Of a DNA stretch of 20,000 nt, positions 15,634-20,000 are shown piece after piece. Position numbers and translations under genes: made by a program. The stretch lies in the IMG/VR virus record IMGVR_UViG_3300023210_000024. One strand, given 5' to 3'. Within the stretch, counting starts at the first letter, position 1; every line of letters starts with the position of its first letter. The stretch comes from an uncultured virus (IMG/VR IMGVR_UViG_3300023210_000024). Lineage: Duplodnaviria; Heunggongvirae; Uroviricota; Caudoviricetes. The notes under the pieces are model-generated. The model worked only from the letters and a program-made list of their open reading frames with translations, did no database searches and was not told where the DNA came from.

Positions 15634-16342
15634 CAGATGGACCCTCCACGTCCACCATCATATCAATACCCGGTTCTATTTCATCGTTATATTTCCTAAA
15701 TTGTAATGAATCGTATGCTGGCATTACTTGTATGTACCTACTTATGTAGTTTGGGTCCCTATTACCGTCAACCTCAACAATCTGTTTTTCTAACCTACTA
15801 GTTAATAAATTAACGATTGGTGATTTGGTTACTTTGACTCTTTTTTCACTTTTTGAAACAACTTCTCTTTCATCTCCCACAGTTAGTAATTTGAACTTAA
15901 CGTTCTTTTTAGATTTGGGTAGTTCAAACGTGAATTCATTATTTTCATTAGGTTGAGCCCCTAATGGTTTAGTTTTTAAATTATTTAAATCTACATCAAA
16001 ATCGAACTCTTCAGCTGTAACTGGGTCCGTTAACCTGACAGGGTACATTTCACCATAACCAGTAGCTCTAAGCCATATCATTATAGCGTTTCTATCACCA
16101 ACCAATAAATCGTTAAGTGGTACCGGTGACTCTTTAATTTTTCTCTCAATTAAAACATCAATAACTTTACCACTTTTAATTAAGTTTGGTGATGTTAATA
16201 TGTTTTCATCTGAAGCCGTCATAAATTCTACCTTTATAGAATCTTTTTGACCAGGATAAAGAAGTCCACCTGACGGTAATGGTAACACATCGAAGGGAAC
16301 CTCAAAATGAAATTCATTATTTTTTTCTTTTGGATTTGACAT
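15569..16342 (-). CDS. T4 gp26-like baseplate hub assembly protein / tail assembly chaperone
   Basis: Motifs LPSGGLLY, FMTASDENIL, LLVGDRNAIMIWLRATGYGEMY, FELPKSKKNVKFKLLTVGDE and terminal IPIGLNFFWP. Lies between the tail tube and TMP. Confidence 0.8.
   Translation of the reverse strand: MSNPKEKNNEFHFEVPFDVLPLPSGGLLYPGQKDSIKVEFMTASDENILTSPNLIKSGKVIDVLIERKIKESPVPLNDLLVGDRNAIMIWLRATGYGEMYPVRLTDPVTAEEFDFDVDLNNLKTKPLGAQPNENNEFTFELPKSKKNVKFKLLTVGDEREVVSKSEKRVKVTKSPIVNLLTSRLEKQIVEVDGNRDPNYISRYIQVMPAYDSLQFRKYNDEIEPGIDMMVDVEGPSGETFLSTIPIGLNFFWPNARI
15589..15595 (-). other. U7 slippery site (AAC UUU UUU UGG), candidate +1/-2 programmed ribosomal frameshift
   Basis: Both overlapping frames read Phe-Phe over the run (NFFW in the TAC frame, TFFG in the downstream frame). 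The downstream ORF is in the +1 frame. Confidence 0.6.
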
Positions 16343-16426
16343 TGTAAAAACTTTTTTTTATTTTTGCTGTTATTATAAGTTAACCTTAACTACTTTAGTG
16401 ATAAAGTAAACATTAATTGTCTAACC

Positions 16427-16434
16427 TATAAATA
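16427..16434 (-). promoter_or_regulatory. Candidate late-promoter element TATTTATA upstream of the TAC gene
   Basis: TGTATTTATAGGTTAGA, with the motif ending 84 nt upstream of the ATG at 16342. Confidence 0.45.
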
Positions 16435-16461
16435 CAATATTTTATTTTTTTTAAAATTAAT

Positions 16462-16492
16462 TTTGCCAATTAAAAAGTTATCACTATATTTG
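16462..16492 (+). promoter_or_regulatory. Bacteroidota primary-sigma promoter (-33 TTTG / -7 TAnnTTTG)
   Basis: TTTG 16462-16465, 19-nt spacer, TATATTTG 16485-16492, 30 nt before the ATG at 16523. Confidence 0.8.
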
Positions 16493-16522
16493 TATTATAA
16501 ACCAATTAAAAAGAAACATTAA

Positions 16523-17605
16523 ATGAACGACTTAAAATTAAATAGATTAAAAGAGGTATTATCAATACCCACTCACTCAGGTGAAGAAGAATTAATGATT
16601 TCTTATTTAGAAAAAGTTTTAACCGAAAAAGGTTATGACCACTATAAAGATGTTATTGGTAATATATACGTAACAAAAGGTGACGCAGAGTTTTACCCAT
16701 GTTTCGTTTCACACACCGACACTGTACACTATGTAAACCACAATATGAAAGTTGTAGAACTTGAAGAAAACGGTAAAAAAATACTTACTGGTATTGATAC
16801 GACCACAATGACACCTTCAGGTATAGGTGGTGATGATAAATGTGGTGTTTATCTTTGTCTTGAAATGTTAGATAAATTGGATAGTATTAAAGCGGCGTTT
16901 TTTGTTTCTGAGGAAGTTGGATGTATAGGTTCTAGACAAGCAGACCCAAAGTTTTTTAAAAATGTTGGGTACGCGATACAATACGACTCACCAAAAGGGA
17001 ATTCTATGAGTATGTCTTTAATGGGCAAAAACCTATTTGGTAAGAAAACTGTTTTTGGTGAAAAGGTTAGTCCTTTAATTCTTGAACACGGAATTACAGA
17101 TTGGGCTAGACACCCATACACTGATATATGGCCTTTAATGGAGAAGTTTGGGTTTTCTTGTTTAAATCTAGCCGCTGGTTATTACAACTACCATACTAGT
17201 ACGGAGTATGTGATAGTTGATGACGTTACAAACGCTTTTGAGTTAGGGTTAAAATTACACGAAACTTTAGGTGAAAAGTTCTATGAAAGACCAGAGGATA
17301 ACGAAAAATCACCTTTTAAATCTTTATTTGGCGGTAGTTATTACGATGAACGACAACTAATCACTGAAGACGATGAAGACGATGAAGACACTGACGATAG
17401 TTATTTAGATGACGACTTATATTTCGATGATGAAGATAATGATGAAAGTTTAACTAGTGATGACGAAAAAGAACTAATAGATGTTAGTAGTGGTTACAAA
17501 GTTGGTGAATTTGAGGATTTATGGGATTATAGTGACTTTAATGGTGGGTACACAATACAGAAATATGGTGAAACTTATTGTGGAGATGTTGATTTTGATT
17601 GGTAA
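16523..17605 (+). CDS. Binuclear zinc peptidase of the M20/M28/M42 clan with an acidic C-terminal tail
   Basis: Ligand motifs in order: SHTDTVH, GGDDKCG, SEEVGCIGS, QYD, YYNYHTSTEY. The N-terminus IPTHSGEE...D.IGN.YVTKG is typical of the clan. Confidence 0.85.
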   Translation: MNDLKLNRLKEVLSIPTHSGEEELMISYLEKVLTEKGYDHYKDVIGNIYVTKGDAEFYPCFVSHTDTVHYVNHNMKVVELEENGKKILTGIDTTTMTPSGIGGDDKCGVYLCLEMLDKLDSIKAAFFVSEEVGCIGSRQADPKFFKNVGYAIQYDSPKGNSMSMSLMGKNLFGKKTVFGEKVSPLILEHGITDWARHPYTDIWPLMEKFGFSCLNLAAGYYNYHTSTEYVIVDDVTNAFELGLKLHETLGEKFYERPEDNEKSPFKSLFGGSYYDERQLITEDDEDDEDTDDSYLDDDLYFDDEDNDESLTSDDEKELIDVSSGYKVGEFEDLWDYSDFNGGYTIQKYGETYCGDVDFDW

Positions 17606-17643
17606 TCTGTGACAATTAAGTGAATAAAGATTGGGTTCACTTT

Positions 17644-17674
17644 TTTGCCGTTTAAAAAAGATTTATTATATTTG
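17644..17674 (+). promoter_or_regulatory. Bacteroidota primary-sigma promoter (-33 TTTG / -7 TAnnTTTG)
   Basis: TTTG 17644-17647, 19-nt spacer, TATATTTG 17667-17674, 27 nt before the ATG at 17702. Shares TTTGCC...TAAAAA...TATATTTGTAT with the 16462 promoter. Confidence 0.8.
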
Positions 17675-17701
17675 TATAACAACCCCAAACAATAATAAAC
17701 A

Positions 17702-18247
17702 ATGACAAAAACAATTTCGGATACAGCATTAATAAAAGGTTATAAAGAATCTAAAATAGCTAAATCAGAACATAACGATTGTTCTGTTAGAACTGTCGCT
17801 AACGCTTTTAATGTTAATTATGATAAAGCACACAAATTCCTAACAGAAAACTATTATAGACCTAATAGAAAGGGTGTTACCACACATCATTGGCACAACG
17901 TTAATGACAAGTTTTCTAACGATAACACCACGTTATTTGGTAAAAAAATTAAAACGATTGAATACCCTGAGATTGAGGTTAACGCGAAATGTTGTATTAG
18001 AAAATCTAGTTGTTGGAATGATGGCAGTTCTGTCAACTATAAAAAGAAACTAAAACTGTACACCAAAAGGGGTAACAAATATAGTCAAATGACTGTTGGT
18101 AGTTTTTTAAAAAAATATAAAGAAGGTACGTATATCCTTTCTGTTAGTTCACACACATTCACAATAAAAGATGGTGTTGTTTATGGTAATAATGTTGATG
18201 GTATGAAAATGAGGGTACCAATAGAAAAGGTTTGGAAAGTTGTTTAA
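17702..18247 (+). CDS. Phage protein with a putative papain-like (C39-like) Cys/His dyad
   Basis: NDCSVRTVANAFNVNYDKAH (Cys at a helix start) and YILSVSSHTFTIKDG (His at a strand start). Confidence 0.55.
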   Translation: MTKTISDTALIKGYKESKIAKSEHNDCSVRTVANAFNVNYDKAHKFLTENYYRPNRKGVTTHHWHNVNDKFSNDNTTLFGKKIKTIEYPEIEVNAKCCIRKSSCWNDGSSVNYKKKLKLYTKRGNKYSQMTVGSFLKKYKEGTYILSVSSHTFTIKDGVVYGNNVDGMKMRVPIEKVWKVV

Positions 18248-18252
18248 AAAAT

Positions 18253-18276
18253 AAAAGGGGACATATGTCCCCTTTT
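18253..18276. terminator. Bidirectional intrinsic terminator
   Basis: Perfect 24-bp palindrome AAAAGGGGAC-ATAT-GTCCCCTTTT with an A-run on the left and a T-run on the right, between convergent stops at 18247 and 18303. Confidence 0.85.
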
Positions 18277-18302
18277 TATGTGTGTATAATGTGTTAATAA
18301 TT

Positions 18303-18791
18303 TTAAAATACTGAAATTGCTCTATCAAATCTGAGCGTACATGAAATATCTGCAATATCTGAAGAAGAATAATCTAAATCACCGAAGTTAGCTGATGTAA
18401 CCATAGTACCTTGTAGTATCCACTTTTCAATTACAACCCCCGTTGGGTCTAACATCTCTAACTCAACGTCCTTCTTGTAACCAGCAGCGTATCCTTGTCT
18501 TCCCGTTACAGATTCCGAGTGTAATCGAATCCACTCCATAAGTGCTTGAGTAGCTGAAGGCCCTATTGGGTCTCTGAATGTTACATCTATTGTCTCCCAA
18601 GTAAATCTACCTATTACAAAAGTTGATGTGTTTAAGAACTGAATTTCAGTTTCTTCTGCCGTGTATGTTGGTCTTGCTCCCGATGAAATGAACCATTCTT
18701 GAATACCCAAAGGTGTTGGGAATCTAAATATAAACCTGTTCTTCTTTTTTGGTTCATAAGGAACAGGCATCCTCATTAGTAAATCTGCCAT
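18303..18791 (-). CDS. Tail tube protein (T4 gp19-like)
   Basis: 162 aa with EPKKKNRF, WETIDVTFRD, ALMEW, YKKDVELEMLDPTGVVIEKWILQG and FGDLDYSSSDIADISCTLRFD, the contractile-tail tube pattern. Confidence 0.9.
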   Translation of the reverse strand: MADLLMRMPVPYEPKKKNRFIFRFPTPLGIQEWFISSGARPTYTAEETEIQFLNTSTFVIGRFTWETIDVTFRDPIGPSATQALMEWIRLHSESVTGRQGYAAGYKKDVELEMLDPTGVVIEKWILQGTMVTSANFGDLDYSSSDIADISCTLRFDRAISVF

Positions 18792-18827
18792 TGTTTAATG
18801 TTTTTTTTGTGTTTTATTATCTTTAAT

Positions 18828-18835
18828 TATAAATA
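18828..18835 (-). promoter_or_regulatory. Candidate late-promoter element TATTTATA upstream of the tail tube gene
   Basis: CATATTTATAATTAAAG, with the motif ending 36 nt before the ATG at 18791. Confidence 0.5.
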
Positions 18836-18850
18836 TGCTATAATTTTAAT

Positions 18851-19999
18851 TTATTTCATTAATTGTTTTATTCTTTTTATTTCTTCACCTAAAATATTCT
18901 CTCCTTCAACAAACTGATAGTCGTCATCCTTAGTTTGTTTGTATTTTTTACTAGAGCCACCCTTACATCCGTATTTTTTACAAAAAGTTAAAACAGCTTC
19001 TTTATTATACTCTAATTTTGAACCTTTAGCTCCATAATACATCATAGACAACATTTCCATAAATTGTGGTAAATTTTTCATAAACAAAGTCTCATCAAAA
19101 CCAGCTTGACTAGCGGAAGAACCTAAACTTAATTCTGTTATTAAGTCAAACCTACCATTCAAAGACTCACCGGCTAACCCCATCGCTTTACCTCTCTCAC
19201 CAGGTCTTAATACTTTAGCCTTTTGTCTAACACCAATCTCGAAATCTTCAGGAAACCCTTTTTTAAGTTTAGTGAAAAATGAACCAATACCCTTTCTTGT
19301 GTTTCTAACCCACTTAATTAAAGCTTGATTTTCATTACTCCGTACTTTAGTTAACCAAGCCCCCACATTAATTTTCTTAGTAAATGAACTTTTCTTTTCT
19401 AAATGTTTATGGAATTCGGTTAAGTATCTTTCAGAATCTAAATTTCTTTTACCACCACCTTGTGATAGCGCTGCATCAAAAAAGCTTGAAGCTAAAATTG
19501 TGCCCTCTTTTAAACCAAGTCTACTCCACAAACTCTTACCACCAGGTAAGAAATTTTGAGATAGATAAACTAATTGCATATTTCTATTACCCTTTAAAAA
19601 ATCGGTAGGTATGTCCGATATTGGTGGTGTTACCTTTGGTTCTTCGGGGTCCTTATCTGGGTCCTTATCTGGGTCTTTTATAGGGTCTTTTATTACAGGT
19701 GGATTATCTTTTGTTGGTTTAACATCTTGTAATGATTGTAATAAATCATTTAAAGTTTTAGCTCTAGATTGTCTCTGACCCTTTTCTCTTAAAAGTTTTG
19801 TTGTAACCCCAGCTAAAATTAAAGGTATAGCTAAATAACCCAAAATAGGGGCTAATGAAATTAACTTACCACCAAGAGCTGTAGTAGCTACAGTTTTACC
19901 GGCTTGTTTTATTAAAACTCTTCTTGTTTTACTGATAATCATTTTAGCTATAGCTGTTTTAGCTCCACCATGTTGTGAAAATAAACCACCTCTAGAACC
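18851..19999 (-). CDS. 5'-truncated hypothetical protein (probable virion protein) with a TM-like segment and Pro/Asp/Lys linker
   Basis: The frame stays open upstream of the track's Met at 19942 (GSRGGLFSQHGGAKTAIAKM) to the window edge. Hydrophobic LISLAPILGYLAIPLILAGV. Ends ENILGEEIKRIKQLMK. Confidence 0.75.
   Translation of the reverse strand, partial: GSRGGLFSQHGGAKTAIAKMIISKTRRVLIKQAGKTVATTALGGKLISLAPILGYLAIPLILAGVTTKLLREKGQRQSRAKTLNDLLQSLQDVKPTKDNPPVIKDPIKDPDKDPDKDPEEPKVTPPISDIPTDFLKGNRNMQLVYLSQNFLPGGKSLWSRLGLKEGTILASSFFDAALSQGGGKRNLDSERYLTEFHKHLEKKSSFTKKINVGAWLTKVRSNENQALIKWVRNTRKGIGSFFTKLKKGFPEDFEIGVRQKAKVLRPGERGKAMGLAGESLNGRFDLITELSLGSSASQAGFDETLFMKNLPQFMEMLSMMYYGAKGSKLEYNKEAVLTFCKKYGCKGGSSKKYKQTKDDDYQFVEGENILGEEIKRIKQLMK
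19647..19690. repeat. 12-bp coding tandem repeat (KDPI-KDPD-KDPD-KDP)
   Basis: gggtccttatct x2, gggtcttttata, then partial gggtcttt. Confidence 0.85.
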
Positions 20000-20000
20000 A

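Noticed and set aside
5081..15749. Short ORFs overlapping the 1860-aa, TMP, 603-aa and TAC genes (plus strand, and 6195-6383 minus)
   Set aside because: Shadow or alternative frames inside well-supported long genes.
16379..16408. Small hairpins in the TAC leader (TACTTTA-GTGA-TAAAGTA; GTTAA-CC-TTAAC)
   Set aside because: AT-rich, weak stems expected by chance, with no supporting context.
16849..19608. ORFs 16849-17121(-), 18149-18355(-), 19384-19608(+)
   Set aside because: They overlap better-supported genes, and 18149-18355 runs through the terminator.
14711..19690. Tandem repeats as CRISPR or DGR elements
   Set aside because: They are in-frame coding repeats without spacers, and no cas or reverse transcriptase gene is in the window.
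1..20000. Bacterial contractile injection system (eCIS/T6SS) rather than phage
   Set aside because: The long TMP, gp26-like chaperone, giant baseplate genes, non-host promoter motif and absence of housekeeping genes fit a large phage better. Head genes are outside the window, so this is not formally excluded.

Overview
AT-rich window from the tail/baseplate morphogenesis region of a large (probably jumbo) myovirus-like phage, most likely infecting Bacteroidota. The minus strand carries, in transcription order: a 5'-truncated probable virion protein (>20000-18851), a T4 gp19-like tail tube, a gp26-like tail assembly chaperone (TAC) overlapping a short gp51/gpT-like ORF, a 603-aa Lys-rich protein, a 918-aa tape measure protein, a 1860-aa tube-initiator-like protein with a nested OmpA-like domain, a 106-aa LysM-like wedge protein, and a >1571-aa hub-like ORF (4714 to the left edge) missing from the ORF track. 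Between tube and TAC sit two plus-strand genes (an M20/M28/M42-type zinc peptidase and a Cys/His papain-like protein). Each has a canonical Bacteroidota -33/-7 promoter, and the pair ends at a bidirectional terminator. Main points of interest: (i) a candidate +1/-2 programmed frameshift at a U7 run fusing the TAC to the next ORF; (ii) a tube-initiator-like fold split by a ~600-aa insert containing an OmpA-like peptidoglycan-binding domain; (iii) a recurring TATTTAT(A) element upstream of the structural genes, which is the reverse complement of the T4 late promoter; (iv) the inverted, host-promoter-driven two-protease cassette. All family calls come from motif recognition and synteny, not database searches.
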